Shown here piece after piece: positions 44,409-52,471 of a stretch of DNA of 64,000 bases. Location of the stretch: NCBI GenBank assembly GCA_046728115.1, contig JBKPDW010000072.1, positions 1,166 through 65,165 on the forward strand, in the 5' to 3' direction. The position numbers and the translations under genes were made by a program. This DNA comes from Acidobacteriota bacterium. GTDB taxonomy: Bacteria; Acidobacteriota; Vicinamibacteria; Vicinamibacterales; CAVVIG01. The notes below the pieces were generated by a model, which had not been told where the DNA came from, did no database searches, and saw nothing but the letters and a program-made list of their open reading frames with translations. Every line of letters begins with the position of its first letter. The stretch's first letter is position 1.

Positions 44409-45666
44409 CTAGTGCACCGTCGCGAGCGCCGGTGAAACGGTTGGTTGAGGTGCCCGGAGCAACTCGACGAGCACTTCGCGCGGATGCAGTTCACGCAGGC
44501 GGGCCGTTTGGATCACACTGGTCAGAATCTGTTACGTATCGGCGCCGCGCGGGGATCGATTGCCGCCGGAGACCTTGCGATTGACGACGGCGGGCCGCAG
44601 CGCCTGTTCGGCGCGCCAATTCGTGGCGTCCAACGTGAGATCGAAGAGAAAGCCGAAGAGCGCCGGCAGTTCGGTGCTGAGATGAGCGGCGAGCCGTTGG
44701 CAGGCCCGCACGCATCCCGGAGCATCGAGCAGGTCGAGCATGCGCGTGATCAGGTGTCCGCGCGCCACCGCGGTGCCATGCGCGGAGGTCTCGCCCGCGC
44801 GGAACCGGTCGCGAACGTCGAGCGCCTCCTGCAGCACAGCATGCACCTGCGGCGGCCAGCGCGCGCGTGGATGCGCCTCCACGATCTCGCGGCACCGCCG
44901 CAGCAGATGCGCGACACACGTTTGATGGATCGCGTGGTCAAACTGACGGTACGGTGCCCAGCCGTCACGACCAAGATGCCAATCGAACTCCGTGCCGAGC
45001 ACCGACGCCGCTTCGGGAAAGCCGCGGCCGGCCTGAATGGCATAGACCACCGTGGTCGCGGTCGCAAACGCCCACAACCACCAGAGCTCGCGGCGACCTT
45101 CCAGCTCGTTTCATCCGGACTGACAACGGGACTGCCGCGGACCTGTTCGCACAAGGCGCCGTAGGTCGCCGCCGCCTGGCGCGCCGCGCGATGCAGCGCG
45201 TGGGTCACGCCGCTCGGCCGCACGCGCAGGCCGAACCAGTCGCGCAACAGCCCGGCGATTTTTCCGTGTGACAGCCCCAAGTGCTTGTTGAGCAGGACGA
45301 TCAACGCCACCGCCTGCGGTCCCAGGTGCGTGCTCGCGGCGCCGAGTGCGTCCGACGTCTGCAGCGGATGGCGACCCTGCACGCGTCGGCCACATTGCTG
45401 ACAGCAACCGACGTGCACGGTAAATCGGCGGACGGCGGCCGCACGACCGGCAGATCCTCTTGAATCTGCGTCGCGATCCGCGTCTCAGTCAGCGCTCCGT
45501 CGCAGTGCGGACAGCGGTCGGCCAACGGCACGTCAATCGTTTCATCAACCTGCGCCGGTGGCTGTCGGTGTCCGTGTCGACCGTGGCGCCGACCGACTCG
45601 ACGCCCAGGCGGCTTCGGGTGCGGCATGGGCGCCCCTTTCGAGAACGGCGCTCCCCGGCCGCGCAT
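44409..45666 (-). pseudogene. IS66-family transposase, decayed (at least 2 frameshifts plus an in-frame TAA at 44532-44534)
   Basis: Pieces lie in three frames: ...DVPLADRCPHCDGALTE... (45301..45666), ...CQQCGRRVQG...SPDETSWKV (44750..45418), ...WLWAFATATTVVY...HQTCVAHLLRR... (44532..45077). After the TAA the same frame continues QILTSVIQTARLRELHP...ATVH to the stop at 44409. Confidence 0.8.
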
Positions 45667-45719
45667 CGGGTAATCACCAGGACGAAAACGGTTTCCATCT
45701 GGCGCCGCACGAGGACCCC

Positions 45720-45908
45720 GGTCGGATCGTCGGGACCGCAGGCTTGCTCACGACGGCCCACGATCTGCTCATCTGGGAACAGAACTTTGTCGAGCCGCGA
45801 GTGGGCGATCCAGCGCTCGTCAAGACGATGGAGACACCGGCCACCCTCACGGACGGCAGCACGAATCCGTACGGCTTCGGCCTCGAGATGATTGAGGATG
45901 GCGGCCTG
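45720..45908 (+). pseudogene. Fragment (~60 codons) of a beta-lactamase-fold serine hydrolase gene
   Basis: GRIVGTAGLLTTAHDLLIWEQNF...TLTDGSTNPYGFGLEMIEDGGL resembles the C-terminal third of class-C-like hydrolases. No N-terminal catalytic part, and the flanking residues are arginine-rich noise. Confidence 0.45.
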
Positions 45909-45946
45909 CCTGGGGCCATCGCCGGTGACCCGGGCCTGCTGCGGGT

Positions 45947-45993
45947 TGGCGGCGGAGACGGATTCGAACCTCCTGGACCGCCCTGCAATGCGC
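45947..45993 (-). other. tRNA-like 3' fragment (anticodon-loop-to-acceptor portion) without a 5' half
   Basis: Minus strand reads GCGCATTGCAGGGCGGTCCAGGAGGTTCGAATCCGTCTCCGCCGCCA. It has a GGTTCGAATCC T-loop box at tRNA-like spacing from an acceptor-like end. No complementary 5' acceptor strand lies upstream. Confidence 0.35.
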
Positions 45994-45994
45994 T

Positions 45995-46498
45995 TCACGC
46001 CAGCGCGACCCGGTACACGGCCGACTGCCCGAAGTTCTCTTCGACTTCCATTTCAATGGCCGTCAAGCCGCGCGCGCCCATGCCGTCGAGCTCCGAGCGA
46101 AATCGCCCTGCCAGCAGCTCCGCCAGCATCTCCACGGTCGTGTTGGGGATCGGAAGCAGCGCGCAATCGCTGCGGGGAAAGACGTACCGCGGCTTTCCTT
46201 CGTAGGCGACCGTTACGGACTCGCCGCATTCCGCCACCTGGAGCTTGGGATTCTCGAGCGGGAGGAGGACTTTGTGATCGATCTCGTCGCACAACCGTTT
46301 CATGAGCTGTTTGATCACGACGAAATCGAACACGAACCACACCTCTTCATCGAGTCGGCCGTTGAGCGTGACGCGCGCCCGGTAGTTGTGGCCGTGCAGC
46401 CCTTCGCACCGGTGGCCGGCGAAGGTGATGAAGTGCGCCGACGAAAAGACGAGGTGGTCCTTCGTGACCGACACGCTGAAATCACCGCGCCGCTGCAT
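45995..46498 (-). CDS. 6-pyruvoyl-tetrahydropterin synthase / QueD-family protein
   Basis: ...VTKDHLVFSSAHFITFAGHRCEGLHGHNYRARVTL... shows the family CxxxHGH zinc motif and length (~167 aa). Confidence 0.85.
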   Translation of the reverse strand: MQRRGDFSVSVTKDHLVFSSAHFITFAGHRCEGLHGHNYRARVTLNGRLDEEVWFVFDFVVIKQLMKRLCDEIDHKVLLPLENPKLQVAECGESVTVAYEGKPRYVFPRSDCALLPIPNTTVEMLAELLAGRFRSELDGMGARGLTAIEMEVEENFGQSAVYRVALA

Positions 46499-47426
46499 GA
46501 CGTCCTCCCCACCGAATGGTATCGCCGCTCGACCAGCCGCCGCCCACGAGCACCACGAAGATCGCGGCCGCCGTCAGGTCCGCCGTTGTGCCGGGGTTGG
46601 CGGCGTGACGTGGATCGCGCAGTGCCTCGTCCATTTCGGCGATTGCCTGACGGCCGTCCTCCGAGCGTACGCCACCAGCCGCAAGGACCGCGCGGGCACG
46701 CCGCGACACCTCGGCCGCCAGAGCCGGGCCGCCCCGACGAGCCACGTGGGTGTCTGGGCTTGTCGCAAGCAACCGCAGATATGTCTCGACGATCGCGTCG
46801 TTCCAGCACAACCCGCCGGCTCGGGCGCGAAGCAACGCCGGCGCTCCGGCTTCGAACGTCGCCTCGAAGGCCGTCGCGTACTCACGGGCGACACCATCTC
46901 GATCCGCGGCCAATCGCATCACTTCCAGCAAGGTGAGGTCCGGTTCGTCCGCGATGTCCTGGTGGTCGACGCGACCGAGTCCGCCAGGCGCGGCCCGCCG
47001 GATCGCCGCATATACATCGCGCGCGTCATCCACCGTTGTTGCGTCGAGCACGCGGCGTACCGCGCCCCGCAGATCAACCTCCGTCCCTCCCAGGGGGGAC
47101 GGAGGTTGCAGGTGGTGCACCGCTGCGCGCGCCAGCGGGGCGAGCAGCAGCACGATGCCCAGATTCGTGTTCGAGCGTGTCCAGCGTGCCGTTGCCTCGA
47201 CGGCTAGACGCACGGTCGGGCCAAGCGGCCGAGTGCCCACGCCCGCCAGCGGCGCGCCAATCGCGGCTGCGCTGGCGAGGAAATCCTCGTAGGCCGCGTC
47301 GGCGAAGTTCAGGCCCGGCGAGACGTTGCCAGGCTTTGGCGCCGTCGCCTCGAGCAAGCATGCGAGCTGCGCCGCGGCCGCGACGTCCGCGGCAACCTGT
47401 TCGACGTCGGCCTCACCCCTCGTCAT
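46482..47426 (-). CDS. Triphosphoribosyl-dephospho-CoA synthase (CitG/MdcB)-like protein of the H4MPT-cluster type
   Basis: Trimmed to Met78 (MTRGEADVEQVAADVAAAAQLACLLEATAPKPGNVSP...NTNLGIVLLLAPLA...). ATGA overlap at 47423-47426. Confidence 0.8.
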   Translation of the reverse strand: MTRGEADVEQVAADVAAAAQLACLLEATAPKPGNVSPGLNFADAAYEDFLASAAAIGAPLAGVGTRPLGPTVRLAVEATARWTRSNTNLGIVLLLAPLARAAVHHLQPPSPLGGTEVDLRGAVRRVLDATTVDDARDVYAAIRRAAPGGLGRVDHQDIADEPDLTLLEVMRLAADRDGVAREYATAFEATFEAGAPALLRARAGGLCWNDAIVETYLRLLATSPDTHVARRGGPALAAEVSRRARAVLAAGGVRSEDGRQAIAEMDEALRDPRHAANPGTTADLTAAAIFVVLVGGGWSSGDTIRWGGRHAAAR

Positions 47427-48340
47427 ACCCGCGGCGGTACGCCACAAGTTTCGGTTCGGGCCACGTCGACGCGCTGTTCCACGCACTCCACGATTGTCCC
47501 CGCGATGTCGACGCCAGTCGCCTGCTGCAGACCCCGCCATCCAGGTATACCGTTCACTTCGAGCACAAACACATCTCCGTCTTGCGAGGGGAGCAAATCC
47601 ACGCCGGCGTAATCCGCTCCGACCGCCGCAGCCGCACTCAGCGCAAGCTGCGCCCATTCACGGCACAGCTCCAGTGGGCGGGCGGAGCCTCCGCGCGCGA
47701 CATTGGTTCGCCAGTCGTTCCCAGGAGATCGGCGTTCGATCGCAGCGATGACCCGTCCGCCGACGACGAATACCCGCACGTCGCGTCCACCGTGATCGAC
47801 GGCGCGCTGCACGTAGAACACCGCCCGCAGCTGCTCGAGCGTATTGAACACGCGGAAGGCCACGTCAGGATCGCTGACGCGCATCATCCCATGACCCATC
47901 GAGCCGAAGAGCGGCTTGACAACGACGTCGCCCATGGCGAGCGCTGCGGCCATCGCATCCGCGACGCGCTCGCACACCACCGTCTCGGGCGTCGGAAGTC
48001 CGGCTTCCTGGAGGAGTGCTGTCGTGTAGAACTTGTCGACGGAACGCTCGATCGCGAGCGGCGAGTTCACGACCGGCACGCCGCGTTTTTCGAGCCAGTG
48101 CAGCGCGTCGACACGAAAGATGATCTGATCGAGCGACCCGGCCGGGATGATGCGCGCGATCACGGCATCCGCGCTGAAGAGCGCCGTGCTTCCGATCGCG
48201 AGCTCGCCCTCGCTTCTTCCCCCTGCTCGCGCAACGAGGGCTTCATACGGCAGGACCTCCGCCATGTGCCGGCGTGCTGTCAAAGCGCGGATGAGCTCGT
48301 CGGTATGCCAGCCGCCAGCACCCAGGATCACAATGTGCAT
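47423..48340 (-). CDS. mptN: RimK-type ATP-grasp ligase, probable tetrahydromethanopterin:alpha-L-glutamate ligase
   Basis: Trimmed to Met111 (MHIVILGAGGWHTDELIRAL...VVKPLFGSMGHGMMRV...YAGVDLL...VLEVNGIPGW). The symbol is inferred from context plus family. Confidence 0.75.
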   Translation of the reverse strand: MHIVILGAGGWHTDELIRALTARRHMAEVLPYEALVARAGGRSEGELAIGSTALFSADAVIARIIPAGSLDQIIFRVDALHWLEKRGVPVVNSPLAIERSVDKFYTTALLQEAGLPTPETVVCERVADAMAAALAMGDVVVKPLFGSMGHGMMRVSDPDVAFRVFNTLEQLRAVFYVQRAVDHGGRDVRVFVVGGRVIAAIERRSPGNDWRTNVARGGSARPLELCREWAQLALSAAAAVGADYAGVDLLPSQDGDVFVLEVNGIPGWRGLQQATGVDIAGTIVECVEQRVDVARTETCGVPPRV

Positions 48341-48356
48341 CGGAGTGTGGCCGTTC

Positions 48357-49325
48357 TCAGTCCTGGAGCAGCGACGCGCGAAGTACGTCCGGGTCGAGCC
48401 GCCCGCCGTGAAAGGTGCGGCCGCTTGCCGGGCTCGTGAGCCAGACCTCCGCCGGACTGAAGAGCATCGGATCGATCTTATAGAAGTCGTTGTCGTATCG
48501 CTTGAAGATGTCGTAGAACGGTGTGCCGTAGTCGCTCGATGCGCACGCCGGCAGGCGCGCCGCGAGGCCGGCCAGTTCTTCGTCTGTCGCCTGCACCACA
48601 TAGCGGGCCTGGCCGCCGTAGAGAATGCAATCGTTCGTGCGGCCGATCGCCCGGATGTCGCTCCGGGCAAGGGTCGGCAATGGCGCCGTGCCGATGGCGC
48701 TCACCACGCGCGTGACATCGAATCCGACCGTGTCCATCTTGTGCAATCCGGTTTCGAGCACACGAGCCGCGATCTGGACGCCGCCTGCGAGGCTCGCCGT
48801 GGGCGCCACGACAAGCGTGAGCGCCTTCCGATCGACGCCAGCTTTCTGGGCCACCCATGCGGCGACTTCGTCGGTCGGCAGCGTGCGCGTCTCGAGCACG
48901 AGCACGCCGCGTGCGGCCGCTTCGACATATCGCAGCTTTCCGAACAGGTCGCGTTCCACGCGCGCCTTCGCGCGCAGCGGCCCCGATCCCATCGCGAAGA
49001 AGCCAGGCGGATCGATCGCCCATCCGGCGTACTGCGATGCCATGCATGATTGCGCCGGATGATCCGTCCACACACACAGACCGGGCCACGTCTCGCCGCC
49101 GATCGCCACTGTCGCGTAACTGACGTGCCCCAGGCCCCCCATGCAGAGCTCGGCCAATGCACGACCTGCGCCGAATCCTCCAGGGACGTGCACGCCGGCG
49201 TCGATGATGCGCGACCCACCCGGCAGCATGTGCACGGCAAGACGCAATTCCGCGGCGCGCTGCACGCATTGATCAGCGAGCGCCCACGCCCGTTCGTTCA
49301 TCCCGAGATCGAGCGCCTCGGTCAC
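48357..49325 (-). CDS. mch: Methenyl-tetrahydromethanopterin cyclohydrolase
   Basis: GTG start (an ATG lies 8 codons in). ...CMGGLGHVSYATV...HPAQSCMASQYAGWAI...FFAMGSGPLRA...VVAPTASLAGGVQIAARVLETGLHK...IGRTNDCILYGG...DFYKIDPMLFSPAEV is collinear with archaeal Mch. Confidence 0.92.
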   Translation of the reverse strand: MTEALDLGMNERAWALADQCVQRAAELRLAVHMLPGGSRIIDAGVHVPGGFGAGRALAELCMGGLGHVSYATVAIGGETWPGLCVWTDHPAQSCMASQYAGWAIDPPGFFAMGSGPLRAKARVERDLFGKLRYVEAAARGVLVLETRTLPTDEVAAWVAQKAGVDRKALTLVVAPTASLAGGVQIAARVLETGLHKMDTVGFDVTRVVSAIGTAPLPTLARSDIRAIGRTNDCILYGGQARYVVQATDEELAGLAARLPACASSDYGTPFYDIFKRYDNDFYKIDPMLFSPAEVWLTSPASGRTFHGGRLDPDVLRASLLQD

Positions 49326-49328
49326 GCG

Positions 49329-50396
49329 CTATGCCTCGCCGACATGCGGCAGGTCAGCTACGTTCACTCCGGCAGCCACGTATTCGAAAAGCAGGAAGGC
49401 AACCGCAGAAGCAGGGGTGTCGCAAGCCGCGCCCCGGCCACCCTCCCTCATCAGCTCGCGCGTGGTGATGCCCAAGTCGCGAGCGGCCGCCCTTGCGAGG
49501 AAACTGCCTCGTCCAGCGAGAACCGCCTCGCGCGGACCTCCGGCGCCCAGGCGCCGCATCACCTGGTGGATGCCGTCTGCGATTTGTCGGACCTGCGCGC
49601 GCGCCACGGCCTCGGCAATCACCGTAATGTCCTCGGCCTCGAGCATCTCGAGATCCGCGCACACCATCCGTGCGAGCCGCGCGCCGGCTTCGTGCCGATT
49701 CCGTCCGCGCCCGTCCGGCGTCTCGCAGGTGTAATCGTCCTGTTCGATATGGCGGAGCCAGAGGTGCGCGTCGGCTGCCACCGCGAAATGCTCGGCCGCC
49801 ACGCGACACCGGCGGCCGCCGAGCGGCACGGAACGGATGATGGCGCAGACCGGCGTCCGCAGCGCGCCAGTGTACACGAGCTCTCCGCTGCGCAAGCGTT
49901 CCAGGTCGGTCCGTCCGCGGGCGACAACGCGACCCCGCACGAGTGGAATGATGTCGGTCGTAGTGCTGCCGACGTCGATGAACAGCGCGTCGGGGAACGT
50001 CCGCACCGCGAGCGTCGCGCTGGCCAGCCAGTTGGCGGCGGCTACGCGATGCGGTCGTTCGTAGGCATCTTCGATCGAATGGAACGTGCCATCGATCCCA
50101 TAGATCCAGGTGTTGACGCCGGGGAACGCCCGGCGCAGCGAGTCGAGCACGAACGCGACGCCCTCACGTTTGGTGGCAAAACAGTCGGCCAGCTCCGCCG
50201 TCATCGTCACCGCCATGGCAGCGGCCGGCCCCAGGTGATCCGCGGTCGCGATCAGAACGTCCGTCAGGTGCTGGGGCTCGCGCCAGAGCGCGAACGGTCG
50301 TTCGACCAGTCTGGCTTCGATGTCGTCTGCCCGGCCGACTCGAGCGGCCTTGATGTTGGCGCCGCCGACGTCCCAGCCGATGATTGGAGCGTTCAT
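49329..50396 (-). CDS. Hydantoinase-A/oxoprolinase-fold 'H4MPT-linked C1 transfer pathway' protein (archaeal MfnF-like)
   Basis: Trimmed to Met130 (MNAPIIGWDVGGANIKAARV...FIDVGSTTTDIIPL...). ATGA overlap at 50393-50396. Confidence 0.8.
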   Translation of the reverse strand: MNAPIIGWDVGGANIKAARVGRADDIEARLVERPFALWREPQHLTDVLIATADHLGPAAAMAVTMTAELADCFATKREGVAFVLDSLRRAFPGVNTWIYGIDGTFHSIEDAYERPHRVAAANWLASATLAVRTFPDALFIDVGSTTTDIIPLVRGRVVARGRTDLERLRSGELVYTGALRTPVCAIIRSVPLGGRRCRVAAEHFAVAADAHLWLRHIEQDDYTCETPDGRGRNRHEAGARLARMVCADLEMLEAEDITVIAEAVARAQVRQIADGIHQVMRRLGAGGPREAVLAGRGSFLARAAARDLGITTRELMREGGRGAACDTPASAVAFLLFEYVAAGVNVADLPHVGEA

Positions 50397-51457
50397 GCCA
50401 ACGCCACGATTCGGCCGGCGGACGAGAATCGCACCCGCCGGCGCACCGCAGGCGGCGTCGGCAGCGTTCCGCGACATGCGTCGATGGCCATCGCCGCGAT
50501 GTTTCCTCGTCCTCCGGCGCTGCGAGTCACGGCCGATCGCAGGCCAAGATAAGCCGTTGTGAGCCTCGGATTCACTTCGATGACCACCGCTTCGGTCCTC
50601 GTCAGGACGACGTCGATGCCCACATACCCGCGGAGACCCGGTAGAGCCTCGCACGTTCGGATGGCGGCCTCGATCGCTCGTCCCGCGAGCGGATGATCGA
50701 GTGGCGTCCATCCGCCGTGGTACGAGAAGACAGTCCCGGCGCGGACCGACTGCGCGTTCACGGACAAGGCGACCGCGCGACAACCGTCGGAGAGCAGCGA
50801 CACGCTCGCAGGGAGGCCGCGTACGTAGCGCTGAAGGAGGACACGTTGTGCTCCGCGTTGCGGCCGGAAAAAAGCCGCGCTACGTGTCGCGGCGTCGATG
50901 GCCACTCGAAGTTCGCGGCGGTTGCGCGCGAGGCAAACGCCGTCACAACCGGCGCCGCGACCGGGCTTGACGACAACTGGATAGCCGAGATCGTCTGCGA
51001 TCGCGCGCGCATCGGCACAGGGACGAAGCGCGCGTGTCGGCGGATGCGCGACACCGCAGCGGGCAAGCCTGATTGGGAGGCGCTGCTTGTCGGACGCGCG
51101 TTGGATCGCCACCGATCCGGCGCCCAGGAGCGCCTTGCCGTGCCGTTCGATTGCTGCCGCCAGGTGCTCGAGACAGCCGCCGGTCTCTGGCGCGATCAAC
51201 CAGACGGCATCGACCGACGACAGGAGATCGTCCGAGAGCACTTCGCTTCCGGGGCCGATCGGCACGACGTCGACGCTATCGACTGCGGTCAGCTTGAAGC
51301 GGCAATCGGTCGTGGTGACGATCTCATGGCCGCCAATCGAGGCAAGGTCTGCAACGAGAGCGGTCAGCATCGCGCGGCCCTCGCGCGCGAGCGACCGAGG
51401 AACGGGCCGGCCGGCAAAACCGCCGCCGCTCGCGAATTCGTGGACAAGGATGCGCAT
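50393..51457 (-). CDS. ATP-grasp ligase (archaeal MfnD tyramine-glutamate-ligase-like)
   Basis: Trimmed to Met128 (MRILVHEFASGGGFAG...YPVVVKPGRGAGCDGV...GYVGIDVVLTRTEAVVIEVNPRLT). Confidence 0.75.
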   Translation of the reverse strand: MRILVHEFASGGGFAGRPVPRSLAREGRAMLTALVADLASIGGHEIVTTTDCRFKLTAVDSVDVVPIGPGSEVLSDDLLSSVDAVWLIAPETGGCLEHLAAAIERHGKALLGAGSVAIQRASDKQRLPIRLARCGVAHPPTRALRPCADARAIADDLGYPVVVKPGRGAGCDGVCLARNRRELRVAIDAATRSAAFFRPQRGAQRVLLQRYVRGLPASVSLLSDGCRAVALSVNAQSVRAGTVFSYHGGWTPLDHPLAGRAIEAAIRTCEALPGLRGYVGIDVVLTRTEAVVIEVNPRLTTAYLGLRSAVTRSAGGRGNIAAMAIDACRGTLPTPPAVRRRVRFSSAGRIVALA

Positions 51458-51467
51458 GCTGCTGGAA

Positions 51468-52367
51468 CTAGTCGGCCACCAGCGCGTGCAAGTGGAACTG
51501 ATGTTTCCCGAGCTTGCCGCCATAATTTCCAGCGGTGATTTCCACGACACCGGTGCGGCACGCGGCATCGATCCCGGCCGAGAGCGCGCGCTCGATCGCC
51601 GTGCGCTCGAGTCCATCCACAACAATTTCGAGCACCGCGTTAACTCCGTCCGGCAATTCGGTCGTCGTCCCTGTCCGTCCACGCAGCGTCGGGCAGTACG
51701 CGTCGTTTGTCGAGGCGACCATCTTCTTGTAGCGCCGCGCGCCCACCTTACTGCCAGCCCGGACGATCCCACCGGGAAACGGCAGTATGACTCCGCGCAC
51801 AGTGCGCATCGCCTCGACCGCAGCCTCCGCCGCAGCAAGCGCAGACTCCTGGCTTACGGCCAGAATCAGGAAATTGCCACCGCCGATCGCCTTCTGGACG
51901 CCGAACGCTTCTTGCACGAGGAACTCGCCGTCCATCACCGGAATCCGCCAGTAGCGTCGACCATCGAGGAACTTGCTCGATTGGAAGCGGTCGCCGAAAT
52001 GACGCAGGAGCCCGCCGGCTGCAACCCGCTCCGTCGAGTGTGGCAACCCGTCGAAGCATGCAGTCGTGGCGCAGGTGAGGACTGTCTGGCCTATTCGCTC
52101 GAGCAGTCGACTGGTCAAACCGTCGGCGTCGAACCCGAAAAGCAGAACGCTCGCACCTGGTCGGCCGTCGGGAGTTTCGTCGGGACTGAGGTTCGCCTCG
52201 ATGCCCGCCTCGACCTTGCAGCCGATCACCGAAGTGGCGAAGCCGGTCATGCACTCGGCGGCCGTGCGTGCCCATTTCGGCGAGGCCGCCGTGATCACCA
52301 CGCGCGCAGCGCGCATGTCGAAGGCCTCGGCGAACGTGTCGACGATTTCGACTCCGCGCCGAATCAT
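51468..52367 (-). CDS. fhcD: Formylmethanofuran:tetrahydromethanopterin N-formyltransferase
   Basis: VEIVDTFAEAFDMRAARVVITAAS...ETPDGRPG...IPVMDGEFLVQEAFG...PFPGGIVRAGSKVG...STNDAYCPTL...AGNYGGKLGKHQFHLH is collinear with archaeal Ftr. Confidence 0.92.
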   Translation of the reverse strand: MIRRGVEIVDTFAEAFDMRAARVVITAASPKWARTAAECMTGFATSVIGCKVEAGIEANLSPDETPDGRPGASVLLFGFDADGLTSRLLERIGQTVLTCATTACFDGLPHSTERVAAGGLLRHFGDRFQSSKFLDGRRYWRIPVMDGEFLVQEAFGVQKAIGGGNFLILAVSQESALAAAEAAVEAMRTVRGVILPFPGGIVRAGSKVGARRYKKMVASTNDAYCPTLRGRTGTTTELPDGVNAVLEIVVDGLERTAIERALSAGIDAACRTGVVEITAGNYGGKLGKHQFHLHALVAD

Positions 52368-52471
52368 GAATCTGCTATTTGCCGCATTTTCAATTCACGA
52401 ATCCCAAATTTCCCCAATTCCCAATTTACCGATTCAATTACCCGATTACCCGGTTACTCAATTACCCGATT
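52368..52471. repeat. AT-rich degenerate repeat spacer; exact 14-mer TCAATTACCCGATT at 52434-52447 and 52458-52471, plus CCCAA(A)TT units
   Basis: Read directly between the fhcC 3' end (stop 52454-52456) and the fhcD start (52367). The second 14-mer lies inside the fhcC 3' end. Confidence 0.6.

Noticed and set aside
45947-46030. A complete tRNA gene on the minus strand
   Set aside because: The sequence upstream of the T-arm/acceptor portion has no complementary acceptor 5' strand, no D-arm, and no paired anticodon stem. Only a 3' fragment is supportable.
45558-46205. 215-aa plus-strand ORF as an intact gene
   Set aside because: Only the middle ~60 residues look like a hydrolase. The rest is noise, and it runs antisense through the tRNA-like fragment and the PTPS gene. 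It is reported only as a gene fragment.
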